63,875 nt of DNA, filler included, from Rhabdomonas costata (GCA_019059605.1; 19 parts of 19 records of this genome joined end to end with filler, not necessarily neighbours in it); one strand, 5' to 3'; positions 1 through 12,529 are shown, counted from the whole stretch's first letter. Notes: generated by a model not told the origin, from the sequence alone. Numbers and translations are program-made.

Positions 1-127
1 AAGCTGATGCTGCAGGGCAAGTAGAGAGACGAAGAAGAAGGCAGAAGGAAGCGACTAATGCGGCCTTTGTGTTTGAGTGAGTGAGTGAAAGTGTGTGTGC
101 CTGCGTGTGTGCGTGTGTGTGTGTGTG
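1..127 (+). repeat. Terminal direct repeat identical to 3132-3258 (end of hcp CDS, 3' flank and (GT)n)
   Basis: The first 127 nt of contig 1 match its last 127 nt, giving a 3131-bp unit. Confidence 0.95.
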
Positions 128-1001
128 TGTGCTTTCCACATGGATGGAGGGCGGAGCTTGTGAGGGTGAGAGTTCATCTTCCTTACTGCTCTTCGGCCCC
201 TGTCTTTTTTCAATGTAATTCGCTTCTGTTAACGAGATGTGTGGGTTTGTGTGTGAGACCTCCTGCACCACAGTGGGGAGGTACGTACTTGTGTAGCTAT
301 CTCATTTAACCGAACTGGAGGGATGCTGTGAAGCCTTCTTTTCATCTCTTTATCTGTTTTGTGGGGAGGACTTCTCAGCGTGAAAGGTGTGAAGTGGACA
401 CTTTATTGCAGCGTTGAGTACGTTTTTTTGCACCGCTGAGTGGCTTGCCTTGAACCTTGGACCTTTCACGGCGGGCGGGTTCATTTTGGCGGAACCTCTC
501 GAAAAAGGAAAAGCAAGAGAACGATTCTGGCGTTGAAGGATTGATGCGTCGGATGAGGTTGTTATTGGCTCTAACCTCGAGTGCGATGCTTCGTATTTAG
601 AAAGCTTTTCTTGTGGCAAAGCTAAGGGGTTAAACGGCGGTAGATTCTTTCATGGGTTTTGGCTTACCGCAACAGTTTGCAGTTTCCGGGACGCTGGGGG
701 GTTCATTTTGCTTTTGCTACTTTTGTTTTTTTTTGCATTTCCAGTTCTAGAGCTTCCCTGCAGGGTGGTTGCTCCGCGGACCTGCACACCTGTTTTGGAC
801 TGGAGAGATTCTTTTTTCCGCGGATCCGGTGTCATGCATTTTTAGGTGTGGCTTCCGAGTTGCAAGAACTGTTGTTGTCCCCCATCATCCCTTCTGAAAT
901 TCACCTTTCGCATATCGAATGCAAAATTCATTCCAGGATACCCGTCATTCCGTCGTTCGTTGCAGGGCTTCGCAGCCTCTATCTTCTGTCCTCTCCCGAC
1001 A

Positions 1002-3155
1002 ATGTCTGCCCTTGCCACCATGCGGTTCGCTATGGCCCACGTTGCCCGTGGCTCCCTACGCACCGCGGCTCGCGCCGCCGCAGCGAACGTGACTGTTCCT
1101 GTGCGCTACACTGCGACTTCCACAATGACTGCACCGAAGATGTTGTGCTATCAGTGCGAGTATGTCGGCCCTTCACCTTCCATTCCCACTTGCATCGCCG
1201 TTCGAATCTCCCATTTACTTGTTTTTTCCTTTTGGGGGTTTGGCTTACGCTCCGTTCCTCATGTTTCTTCCTCCTCCTTGAAGCACCATGAAGGCAATGC
1301 TGTTCCGGTCAGTTTTGTGCTGGGGCCCGCATTGTGATCTTCCATGTTTGCATCATCCGCAGGCAAACGTCCGCGGGGACTGGGTGCACCACAGCAGGTG
1401 TGTGCATGAAGCAGCCCGATACTGCCGGGCTGCAAGACCTTCAGATGGCGTACGTGAAGCGGCTGTGCCAGTTGGCCTTTCTCGTGGGGCCCACCAACCC
1501 GCTCTTTCAAGAGGCTGGCAGTCTGGTGATGGACTCGACCTTCACCACCCTGACCAATGTCAACTTCGATGACGCCCGGTTCGAGTCGTACCTGAAGGAC
1601 AGTGCCCAGCTCATCGGGAAGCTTGAGGCAGCCTTGTCAAAGGCGGGGAAGGCGGTGCCTCCGCGTGCTTCCGAGCTTCCGGCAAGCCTTCCGTCGAGCA
1701 AAGATGGTCTCCTGCAAGCCGCAGGCAAGACCGGCCTGCTTCAGAGGAGCGCCATTGTAGCCAATGACGACCTGTTCGGGGTCGTGGAGATGGCCACCTA
1801 CGGCTTCAAGGGGGTCTGCGCCTACTTCTTCCACGCGGAGCACATTGGAGGGGTGGCGTCTGGGGCATACAGTGCCCAAGATCGTGACGCTGTCTTCCAG
1901 GAACTCTTCCGAGTTGGCAACTACCTGGCCAATGCGGGGTGCACGCGCCCTGCCAATGCCGAGGCTGCCCTCGGGGAGGCCCTGGGCGAGTGTCTGGCCC
2001 TGGGTGCGTTGAATGTCAAGGTCATGGCCCTGCTGGACGCTGCCCACACTACCATTCTTGGTGCGTTTCTGGCCTGCCCTGGCCTTCTTATGGCACTGTT
2101 GCATCTTTTTTTTTTGCTTCCGAGCAGGTTGGATTGCCCTCACCTTTGGTTTGCTTTCTCGCACAGGTCACCCCGTGATCTCCGAAGTCACGAGTTCCGT
2201 AGATGCCAACAAGCCGGCCATCCTCGTCAGTGGGCACGACATGGGGGTCCTTCTGGCATTGCTGAAGCAGTGCGACGCTCAGGGCGTGGATGTGTACACC
2301 CACGGCGAGATGCTTCCGGCGCACAGCTACCCCAAGCTGAAGGCGTACAAGAGCCTGAAGGGCCACTTCGGCACTCACTGGGGAAACCAGCTGCGCGAGT
2401 TCCGCGAGTTTCCCGGGGCCATCCTGATGACGTCGAACTGCCTGCGGCCACCCACGAGCAAGTACAACCAGCGGATCTTCACCTGCGGTCCCGTGGGCTT
2501 CAGCGGGATTCCCAACATCGTTGGCAATGACTTCTCCGCAGTCATCAAGTCCGCCCAGGCGGTCAAGGGCACTGTGGTGGTGAAGAAGAGCGAGGAGCAG
2601 AAGTATCTGATCGGGTTCGGCCACCAGGCGGTGCTTGGGGTGGCGGACAAGGTGGTGGCCGCGGTGAAGTCCGGGGCGCTGAAGCACATCTTCGTGATTG
2701 GGGGCTGCGACGGGACGGAGACCGCCAGGAGCTACTTCACGGACATCGCCAAGAAGACCCCAAAGGACTCGGTGATCCTGACCCTGGGCTGCGGGAAGTT
2801 CCGCCTCACGGGCACCGACCACGGCACCCTGGGCCCCCTGCCCCGGCTGCTGGACATGGGCCAGTGCAACGACGCCTACAGCGCGGTAGTTGTAGCGATG
2901 AAGCTTGCGGAGGCCCTGGGGTGCGGTGTCCACGACCTGCCGCTGCACTTCGCCGTGTCCTGGTTTGAGCAGAAGGCCGTGGCGGTGCTGCTGAGCCTGC
3001 TCCACCTGAACTTCAAGAACGTCCGGATTGGCCCCGCTGCCCCGGCCTTCCTGACGCCCAACGTCGCCGGCATTCTGGGCGAGAAGTTCGGTCTGAAGGT
3101 GATTGATGCCGAGAACGATGAGGACGACCTCAAGCTGATGCTGCAGGGCAAGTAG
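1002..3155 (+). CDS. hcp: Hybrid-cluster protein (prismane; hydroxylamine/NO reductase), complete, 3 exons, 614 aa including a 46-aa presequence
   Basis: Exons 1002-1159, 1363-2060 and 2167-3155, joined by GT-AG introns, total 1845 nt in frame. N-terminal cubane motif CYQCEQTSAGTGCTTAGVC (C-x2-C-x8-C-x5-C). Hybrid-cluster motifs SGHD, HGEM, TSNC, GGCDG, LGCG, GQCND and WFEQK are present. Confidence 0.96.
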
Positions 3156-3258
3156 AGAGACGAAGAAGAAGGCAGAAGGAAGCGACTAATGCGGCCTTTG
3201 TGTTTGAGTGAGTGAGTGAAAGTGTGTGTGCCTGCGTGTGTGCGTGTGTGTGTGTGTG

Positions 3259-3358
3259 NNNNNNNNNNNNNNNNNNNNNNNNNNNNNNNNNNNNNNNNNN
3301 NNTTAATTAATTAANNNNNNNNNNNNNNNNNNNNNNNNNNNNNNNNNNNNNNNNNNNN
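3259..3358. other. Artificial contig spacer (first of 18)
   Basis: N44-TTAATTAATTAA-N44 has stops in all six frames. Contigs: 1-3258, 3359-6612, 6713-9968, 10069-13321, 13422-16674, 16775-20027, 20128-23377, 23478-26726, 26827-30072, 30173-33777, 33878-37125, 37226-40470, 40571-43819, 43920-47167, 47268-50512, 50613-53854, 53955-57198, 57299-60534, 60635-63875. Confidence 0.99.
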
Positions 3359-5238
3359 TTGTTTGGGTTTCCAGCCGCCCTAGAGGCCATTCAAGGGCCC
3401 TTTTTGAGGTGTTTTTGAGCCCTTCCTGCCTTTACACAGGCTTGGAAGGACGTTTTTGTTCTTGCACTGGCTTTACACCGGACTTGGGCTTTGAGAGAAA
3501 GAACTGTAGGCTGGCACACCGTCCGCCCACCTGCACGCCAGTGTGCCAGCAACGATTTTCACTTTTGTATTTGGTGTGTTCTCTCGCACAACCCCATGAG
3601 CAAAAGTGAGGCACAAAACAGCTATAAAACAAGTGACAGTGGTCAGAAGTACAGCGCAAAGGAGCGCCAAAGTCCAGCCCTCACAGCAGTGAAGGCGCAC
3701 GTAGTTCCAGGCAAAGCCAGCTCAGCTCGGTGATGGCGACCTCGGCCGCTTCCGAACGAAGTCCGAATTCCTAAGTGAAAGAGCAGCCCATCAGCCCAAC
3801 ATCTGCATGAAGGACAATCATAAGGTTTGGCACAGAACATATCCCCACTGCCAAAGCAATCAAGATTGGCGTTCAAAAAGATTCAAACGCAAACGTAACG
3901 GGTTGCGATCTGTTTCGTGAGGGCGAAAGTGACAAGCCCCATCCTCTTTCGCTGGGCACCAAAGTTGTCTAAGAAAGGATACCCGCATATTGTTGGGGCT
4001 GAGTGAAGACGACTTCACATCGCACACACATACACAAATACGAACATACAGACACAACTGTCCCTAATCAATTACCCAGGTGGTCAGGGGGGTTTCGTTG
4101 TGTGAAAGTGGTGGTGGGCTCCAAAACGATGGCACCAGGTGTGCCACAAGACGCCTCACACCTCTCGGTGGTATTGGGGTATTGGGGTATTGGGGCACTT
4201 CTGGGAAACATGCAATGGGGAGGGGGGGGATTTAGACAACAACCAAAGAAAGAGCGTGAGGTTTCCCGGTCGAGAAAAAAAGAACAAGTCGGGGGAGAGG
4301 AGAGGAGATGTGGACCTGTCAGGGCGTCCGTCGATAGATAGGGGAAACCGTTCCTCATCCTCAGCATTGCGCTATCAAAACACCCCCATACAAGCAAGTT
4401 GTCCATCCGGAGATCCTTCGAGAATTCAGAGATCCTCCATACTGATGTTTCGCCGCTTTTCTCTCGATCTCTTCATAATTTTCAGGGTTGATGCGAGAAG
4501 GCTATTGCCAACACAAAAGAGACTACGAAAAGCACAACAAGTTAGAAGGTCGCGACAGCCGGAAAAAATGATTACACAAAGTAAAATATATTGTAGGCTC
4601 CACCGTTAACGGAGACTTTTTGTCACCTGGCCAGAACTCAGGTTCCCGGTCAGTACTGCGTTCCCAATAAGACGCTGAATTGGAGCAAATGGCAGCTTCT
4701 GCCTTCGGCGCGCAAACCCTCCTTCTTTCTTTTGCGGCACACAAGCTACACCGGCTACTGGGGGTAATGCACCTCTGTCTACTCACAGACACCCATCCGA
4801 GACCAGTGGCAGGAATTTAGGGCAAAAGACTTCAGATTGGAATGTCAGAGAATAATTTCAGTTTCCGGGTGGAGCTAACCTTATAAAACTGTCCTTTGGT
4901 TTCCCTCACCCAACAAACACGTTTTTGCGGAATATATGCCACCATGTGCCGCCACAGCACCCAAGTGGGCCTCTGGTTATGAGATGAGTGTCCGTTCCTG
5001 TCTTGTTCTGTGGGGGTGCTGAAGACCAGGCCATCTTCCACTGCCTCATTCATTGCTCTCTAATTTCACTCTTACCATTCACAAACTGCATTCATCAGAT
5101 CACTTCGTGTCAATGCCATCCTCTGCTTTGTCACTGGCTTCCTTCTTCCGGTGGCCCGATGACCTCTCTTGTATACCTAAAATTCTCAACCCAGCTTCCT
5201 CCGTCGACGTCGACGGGAGCACAGCCGTGGTGTGGACC

Positions 5239-6526
5239 CTATACATTATGCGGGTTCGCACAAACACACACCGAAAGGTGTAGGGCGGGCCCTCCAGCCG
5301 TCGCGGCCCTGTCCTCTGGGGCCTCCGGGGCCTCGTCCTCGTCCAGCAGGTCCTCCTCCAGGGCGCTGCGGCGCTCCTTCAGAAGGCTGAGGTCTTCCAA
5401 GTGAACCCGCTTGGGGATCCGTGGGAGGGCAACGTCACACAGGGAGTCCTTGCACAGCAAGTCCCACACAATCTGGGAGCGACGAAGGAGCAACGGGTGT
5501 GTTCTCTGTTCGAAGTAAGCAAGAAATGCCCATTTTGGGTAGGGGGTGGGGGGGCAGTTCCTGGCTTCCTGGTTTTTATTCGGGTTTTATATGATCAAAG
5601 GTTACACCGTAATATCAGAGCCTGGCCACTCAAGATCGAATGGCAAATGGAAATCCGTGGGCCGTTCGGAGCGTTCAATGTTAAACCGTTTAACGCACAC
5701 CGCGAATAAACTGGTCAGCCAAAGACAATTCCAGACCTCGTCGACGTGAGAAATGAGGAACTTTCCGTCCTGCTTTCGCTCTCTGATCTTGCGGTAGTCA
5801 TTCAGCAGAGGCTCCAGGTAACGGTAAACGTCCAAGGGTCTCCCAACAAGCCGCAGGTAAAAAGCTCCTTGGGGTGGACACATGACAGCAGAAAGAGTAA
5901 GGCCCAGCTGACTTCGCAGCATCCACCAACCAGGAAAGTCATCGAACACACGGTTACATCAACAACTGGAAAAGAGGCAGTCTAAATTCCTAACTCATAA
6001 AACCAACCCGTAACAGTGGATGCAGATCACAGCAAACGGCGACCCACTCGCCCCACCCCCTCCCCATCATATGTCATCAGTCATTGCCACGAACGAGCCC
6101 AGCTTTAGTGCTTGTGTTGGTTTTAATAGCATGCGCTAATTACTTTTAATTAGGCTTGGGTGGACGCGCAGATGGCAGAGAAACATTGCTTATGCGTTTT
6201 CAAAAACTTGAAGAGGAACTGCGCCGACCAAGGACTCGGACGTATTTGAAGTCTTCGTTCTTGATGAACTCGATGATGATCTCCTTATCAGGCTGGATCT
6301 GAAGGCACTTCAACACGAGGCAAAGGAATTTTGTGGGCTTCCGAAAACCTCCGTAGGTGCCCCCTGAACGCATTCGCAGAAACACTTGGAAGCGGAACAA
6401 AATGTCAGAAAAATCATCTCTGCGATAACTCCTCGACCAAGTTTCCGGGAAAACGCAGCAGCGCAGAAAAAATACCGTAGTAGTCAAGGTTCATGGCCTT
6501 ATCGACGATAGTTTCCGCGGTCAGAG
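5239..6526 (-). CDS. PRP38: Pre-mRNA splicing factor Prp38 (5'-partial)
   Basis: Exons 6526-6476, 6363-6229, 5867-5737 and 5472 to about 5239 splice in frame: ALTAETIVDKAMNLDYYGGTYGGFRKPTKFLCLVLKCLQIQPDKEIIIEFIKNEDFKYVRVLGAFYLRL...EPLLNDYRKIR...HVDEIVWDLL...LPRIPKR. The 3' end is uncertain. Confidence 0.93.
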
Positions 6527-6736
6527 CTGAAATGGGAAGACCAAAGATGCATGCAGGGGAAAAGCAACTGTGCACAGGTGGAAACGACAGAAAGAGATCG
6601 CAAACCCAAACCNNNNNNNNNNNNNNNNNNNNNNNNNNNNNNNNNNNNNNNNNNNNTTAATTAATTAANNNNNNNNNNNNNNNNNNNNNNNNNNNNNNNN
6701 NNNNNNNNNNNNTGTGGTTTGGACAAGGGAGGGCAC

Positions 6737-9288
6737 CTCCTCGAAGCCCCGATGGGTGGCTATCTTTCGTGCCCGAGTGCAGTGGTTACTGTGGGAAGGG
6801 GTAGCTGCGGGTGGCGGGGCGCAAGTGAGAGGTCGTTCCCCACTGCTGCCGGTGGTGGGAGTGGCCGTGGACGTGCCTGAGGCGTTGTGGGGGCTGAACC
6901 GCCCCAGGAAGAGGTTCCCGCATGGCGGCGCGGTGACCACATCGGAGGAGTTGGGAACCTCCGAGAAAGTGTCCTGCACACGACCCAAAAGAAGCCGACC
7001 AGAGGAAAACCAGGGATACGTGTACTCGAGTGGCAAGAATAAATTAAACCCATCAAGCTGAAAAATGTTTCGAAGCTAGCTGCACTACAACGGTAAGCTT
7101 TACCGTTGCTGCACATTGCATTCTGTTTCCTGTGCGCGCGCAGAAGGGGGCGATGCAAACCCTACACCCCAACACACAACACCATTTAGCACCCAGTAAT
7201 CAACGGGACGCTCTCCAACATTCTCCGGTTATGTACGGGGGGTAACAAAAAACCAAAACACATTGCTCAACGAGACAATGCAAAAGTTATTAACAGATTC
7301 TCATACCCATCCGAGAAAAGGCCGCCCGTGATTACCGAAGCCAGCCGAGAAAAAGTCAACCAAGAATCTCTAAACCATCCGATATTACAGTGGAGCCAGC
7401 CCACGCCACCCAAAGATCACTTGCCCAGTAAAAAGACCTGAGCATCCGAAAAGGGAGTGAGGAGACACCGAAGACATCTCAGGGCCGCATCTCACGCCAA
7501 CACCCACGAGGCCACGCCGCCGCAACACCCCAGCTGGGCTGTGGGTGGAGGAGGCTATGCAAGTCGAGAGCCCATTCAAGGGGTTGGCCGAACCATCCAG
7601 CATGCTCGGAGACTCAACCGGTTGAGCGGCGGGCCCTAAGCTGGGTTCGTCCTGGTGATCCTCCCGGAGCTGCGCCAGAAGGTGGTCTGGGATGTGGGGG
7701 AGAAGCAGAGTGAGGCTCTCCACCACTGCCCACAAGCCGGCCAGGAGGGGGGAGCTCTCGCCCATGAAGAGGGTCTCCAGGCCATCCACCTGCATCGCGG
7801 CCTAATGAGCGAAATACAAAACGCCGAAACAAGACAAGCGGCACGAGAGAACGGAAGGAAAACACTCGATGCAGGAGAAGTGACGGTCACACACGGACAC
7901 GAAATCGGATTGAGAACATGGAAAAAGGGTTAGCGTTTCCCAGCAGTAGGGGCCCGCAAATGGTAGAATGAAGGGGGACGCTGGTGGTGGTAAGGTTTTT
8001 TCCGAGCCCCGGCCCCCAGTCTCGCGTTGTCGGGTCAGGACGAAACAAAATTGAGGTATTCCGCGAACCCTCAAGCCTCGGAAAAAGAGAACACTCGAAT
8101 TTGCGGACCTTCTGGACTGAGTAGTCGCCTAATGAATGCGGTGGAAGACAAGCTGCTTCGCATGGAATTGTGTGCTTTGGTCTGCAGTCTCTCACTTTTT
8201 TTTTGCTTTTCCCATTTTCTACTTTCTTTCATAAATCTTCGCAATACCAGCCTGGATATGATCTTGCTCGCGACCTCGTTCTCCCGCGCACGCTCCTCCA
8301 GCCTTGCCCGGAGACCATGGTACTCCCATGTGGCCCCAGCCATCGCCACCGCTAGCCCCACCTGAAGCCCCACGAAGGCCGCACCCAGCGACCCAACCAC
8401 GGCCCACCTCACCACTGCCCCGGCATCCTGCAGAGCTGCAACCGCAGCCGCCGCGGCGATAAAGAGGAACACAGGCAGGGCCACCGCGAGGGCGACCTTG
8501 GGCAGGGTGGGGAATGTCGCCTTCCCGGGGTCCACGCGGATGGGGCTCTGAAGGTCTTGCAGCTCCTCCAACGAGAGAATTTGCGATAAATCCATCTGAG
8601 TTGTTGTAGAAGGTTTGCATTGAAGGAGAAATGCGGGGTAATAGTCGGGCAAAAGGTAGAAACAGGTGGGAAATCCAAAATACTCCAAAGGGGTAACGGG
8701 CACTCGGTTGAGCATGCCGCCATAATGTGTCTGTTGAAAGCGGAAAGCGGAAAACGCCAAAAAATTCGGATATGAAGAAACAGACACAAGTGCACTGGCG
8801 CTCAGAGAATCTGCAAAAGGCGACCACAAAGTCATGGATATTTCTTTCACACCCTTAACCCGGAAGCTTTCTTCACGCAGGCTCAAACATCCGGTCCCAA
8901 AGCAAAAACATATGGGGCATAAACATCCCCAAACACCCCACAAAAAGATTGCACACGCAAGGAACAGAGACGGGGTTAAGCTTGCAAGCAGCCTTCCCAC
9001 GCCTGGCAAAAAGAGACAAAAAGAGTCCCAAGTCACAGTAGAAAAACACACACACACACACGAACACACCCGGTCTGGGTGCCGCTCCTCACAGTGCTGC
9101 GCCAGAGTCGGCGTGAGCCCATTCCCCTGCACGTGCTCGTCCAGCCAGGTTTTCAGGTACCCCAGAATGTCCTCCACCCGCACCGTACCCCGCAGCAGCT
9201 CCGCAGGCCACCCCGATGTGTGCTCCGAGAACTCCATGTGCAACGTACACGTGTGAGAGAACCAGGGATACTCGGCCTGCCGCATGAC
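6737..9288 (-). CDS. Partial membrane signalling protein: hemerythrin-like domain, 2 TM helices and HAMP-like linker (probable receptor-type cyclase)
   Basis: Phase-0 GT-AG exons 9288-9070, 8595-8248, 7801 to about 7508, and 6973-6737. Exon 1 reads M..YP...H....H..F...ILGYLKTWLDEH. Two hydrophobic helices follow. LAAMQVDGLE...VVESLTLLLPHIPDHLL resembles the pre-catalytic linkers of the cyclases on contigs 6 and 7. The catalytic domain is not in the contig. Confidence 0.6.
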
Positions 9289-10416
9289 CTTTTCGGTTAA
9301 GTTTGGGAAGAGGGTTGCAACTTTTCATGGGCACTCACTCCAGGAGCTTTCTGAGGGCGGTTCGGGTAAGGCAAGGCAAGAACGAGTGCAGCGATTAAAA
9401 ATGACCAGAATGGAGACTATGTGATACGTGATATGGAGCTACTGTGTATTGTGTTCATGACTTCGATCAAGTGGCCAAGAAAAGCACCGCGCGCACGATT
9501 CTAGGAGGCCGCACGACAGAGCGCAAGGCGGTCTGGGCAACCAGTGGTATGCAACTAGCCTAATTTTCCCCATGGGCTGCTTAGCATACCCAACAGTAGA
9601 GCCGGGAGTTTTGCATTGGGATTGGCCGAAATACTTCGGGTTTGCAGCTGACGTTGGAGACAAATTTGGGCCATTCGGAGGCCTTTTAGGTTGTCTCGAT
9701 GAAAGAAGGAATCCAGTTAGCTGACTCACCGGCGACTCACCAGAGTGGGGGATATGCTTGTCCACACTGCATTCACAACCTCGCTGCATTCTGAGCCAGC
9801 CCAATTTTGCACGTGCAGTGCCGGCGCTCTACTGCACCATGCGCGCACAAACATACACAAACATATTCAAACTTATACGCTGTCATAGTCACCCAAACCA
9901 AAAGCTCCTGTGCAAAGATGAGATTTTCGGAAAGATTTTGTCCTGTTCTGTCTTCTCGAAAAAACAACNNNNNNNNNNNNNNNNNNNNNNNNNNNNNNNN
10001 NNNNNNNNNNNNTTAATTAATTAANNNNNNNNNNNNNNNNNNNNNNNNNNNNNNNNNNNNNNNNNNNNGTGGTTGGGGTGTGAAGGACAGCGTCAGACTG
10101 GATGGTGTTCGGACGTGGTCTTACAGGTCTTCAAGGATCAGAAGAACGCGCCTGAGGATTCCAGGCAAAGGGGCCAGGGGGGGAGGGCGAAAAGAGGAGC
10201 CTCGCGAATGGGGCTCGCGCCCTTAACTCGTACCGCCCTGTTCGAAATGGTTTCTGCAAAACCTGAACTGAAAACAGGGCTTTTCGCCCTGTGTAAGGCC
10301 GTGGGAGTTGTGCTGGGTTTTTCTAGCATACTGCGCACTGGCATTTGTATAGCGGCCGATGAGTTGCACACGCTGCGGCACTCAGTCCTATAGCTTGCTT
10401 TTAAAAAATGCCCCAG

Positions 10417-12529
10417 GAGGTGACCCGCGGGATGATTAAGGCGGCGCGGTGCCCCCCGGACGGCTTTGTACAGACGGCGCTGCAGCTGGCATTCTACCGG
10501 GACCAGCACTGCTTCGGGCTGAGCTACGAGCCGGCCACTACAAGTCTGACCTCCCTCCCCCAGCATAAATGCCTGTCGCCTTACCTTGCATTTGCACGGA
10601 ACCACCTCCTGCCGTGGGTGAATCTCTCCTGATTTGTAGGTCCGTCGCCCCTATGAGATTAACAATGAAGTATTGGCCTGCTTCACACCTCTTAATATTC
10701 CTCAGCATTTCTCTCATGCTATTCTTGCCGCAGCTTCACCTCAACACACGTACACGCATACGTTTTGCCCTCCTCCTCTCGCCATTTTGTTTTGGTTTTT
10801 GCTCTCCAGTTCCCTCCTCGCGCCTTTGGTGGCGCTGCGTATTTAGCTTCCATGCTGCAAACACTGGGCAGCTCCAAGTTTTTGTCCAACGCGTGGACGA
10901 GCCCAAACCAACCTAACCCAACCCTCGCCTCTCCTTGGGGTATACAGCGGGAGAACCGCACCCTCATTTTCCAGCACCGCTTGATGGCTATTGCCCAAAA
11001 CCCAGGGATTTTCTGCGACGGCCGCACGGATGGAATCCGGGGCTGCACCCCGCAGTCCTGTGCCTTTGTGAAGGCGATGGAGGAAAAGCCCGCGCAGGCC
11101 TCTCCGCAGCGCAAGCTGGAGCTCATGCAAGAGAGCGCCCTGGAGCATCAGAGGCGGTCCCGGCTGGCCATGGCCGGACAAGGGGTCTGTGTGTCTGTGT
11201 GCCATCAGTGCGACACTTGTGGCCATGTGCACCCTCGTCTTCGCCCTCACTTGGTGGCGGGAGTTCGTGCTTTCCTTGGCCTCATCAAACGAAGACCAGT
11301 CTACTTGGAAAGAGTGACCTCTCCCCCGATTTCAGAACGAAAAACAAAACTCTTCGAACTCTTGATTCGACCCTTTTTTCATAAATAAAAGGCCGATTTG
11401 TACCCAAATCGACAGGTTTCCCGGCCAATCATCCTGATCGAATTGTGCTTGTGTGGGTGGTTGGATGGGGGATGCTGTTCTACAGCCTGTCAAGGGACTC
11501 CGATAAATCGGTAAACCATTGGTAACTGTCGTCAGCGTGCGTTCGGTTTAGTTTGGTTTTAACTCTTGGTCGTTCAGGTGGATCGGCACCTTCTGGCCCT
11601 GTACATGGTTTGCCGAGGCAAAGGGCTGGACTCTGCCTTCCTCGAGGCCGCGATTCGCTCCCCATGGAGGTGTGCGAAATGACCCCTTCATTCAGCCCGG
11701 GTGATGTTTGGGTTGACTGAGGTGCACGAAATGTTCACCCATCTCGCCGCGTCCGGGTACTTCCACAGGCCATACCATATCCAGCGGGCCGAATGCTGTC
11801 CGTATGCCCTCCGTCCACTCGGGCTTACTTTGTGGTGGTTTTACCGGTCACCCGTTTGCCCGTTTTTGTTCCAGGATGTCCACCTCGAACGTGCCCGTGC
11901 GGCAGTGCGGACGGTGGTCGGAGCTTCCCGAGGGCCTCACATACTACAGCGCCTCGGGCGGCTTCGGACCAATCTGCAAAAACGGGCACGTGCTCTCATC
12001 CCCTTCATCCACCTTGCCCTTGTACGGATGCATCCTGATGATGCCCAGGGGAAAGCAGATGTTGTAGCAACCGATTTGGAGGAACGTAGGTGGCTTTGTT
12101 GCGAGGAAGCTGTGCCTTGCCACAACTCTGTGGCAAGGTAAGGCACCTGAACCTGGGGTCGCGGGTTCGGCGGAAAGTATGCCGTGTCTCTGTTCACGCG
12201 GGATGTCGTCGATATGGTCGGTGTCAAAACAGTGACAACGTACGCTGCATTGTTTTATTTCTTAGCTCCCGAAGAGTGCCCTTCCACGCTTCAAAGTGAA
12301 GGAAATACGATTGAACTTCAAACCGCACTTCGACTCTGCCGCTTATGATGCTCTCAGGTACGGAGTGAGCTACTCCTTCACCAGCGCGAACAGGCTGTTC
12401 TTTCACATCAGCTGCCGCCCCTCCGATGGCAATACCGACGTCCACCGCTTTGGACGTCACCTGTGGTACGCCTTCCGTGACATGGCCGCATTGTTCCCCG
12501 CCGCAGGGGCTGGATCATGCTCTTGCTAA
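10417..12529 (+). CDS. Carnitine O-acyltransferase (CPT1-like), C-terminal part
   Basis: Exons 10417-10543, 11006-11184, 11578-11669, 11875-11985 and 12358-12529. Motifs PDGFVQTALQLAFYR, YEPATTRIFCDGRTD, GQGVDRHLLAL, WRMSTS and GGFGPICKNGYGVSY. Confidence 0.92.

Noticed and set aside
2088..3005. 305-aa antisense ORF over hcp, and similar shadow ORFs elsewhere
   Set aside because: Expected by-product of high GC3 codon usage; no protein-like motifs.
3359..3370. G/T-only contig starts and C/A-only contig ends (for example 6601-6612, 10069, 23478, 30173) that look telomere-like
   Set aside because: They are short, non-periodic and present at most contig ends, which is consistent with degenerate G/T whole-genome-amplification primer remnants.
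8071..9285. 404-aa and 388-aa (41904-43070) ORFs as single-exon genes
   Set aside because: They read through stop-free introns (CVCVC and poly-F stretches); the exon models fit better.
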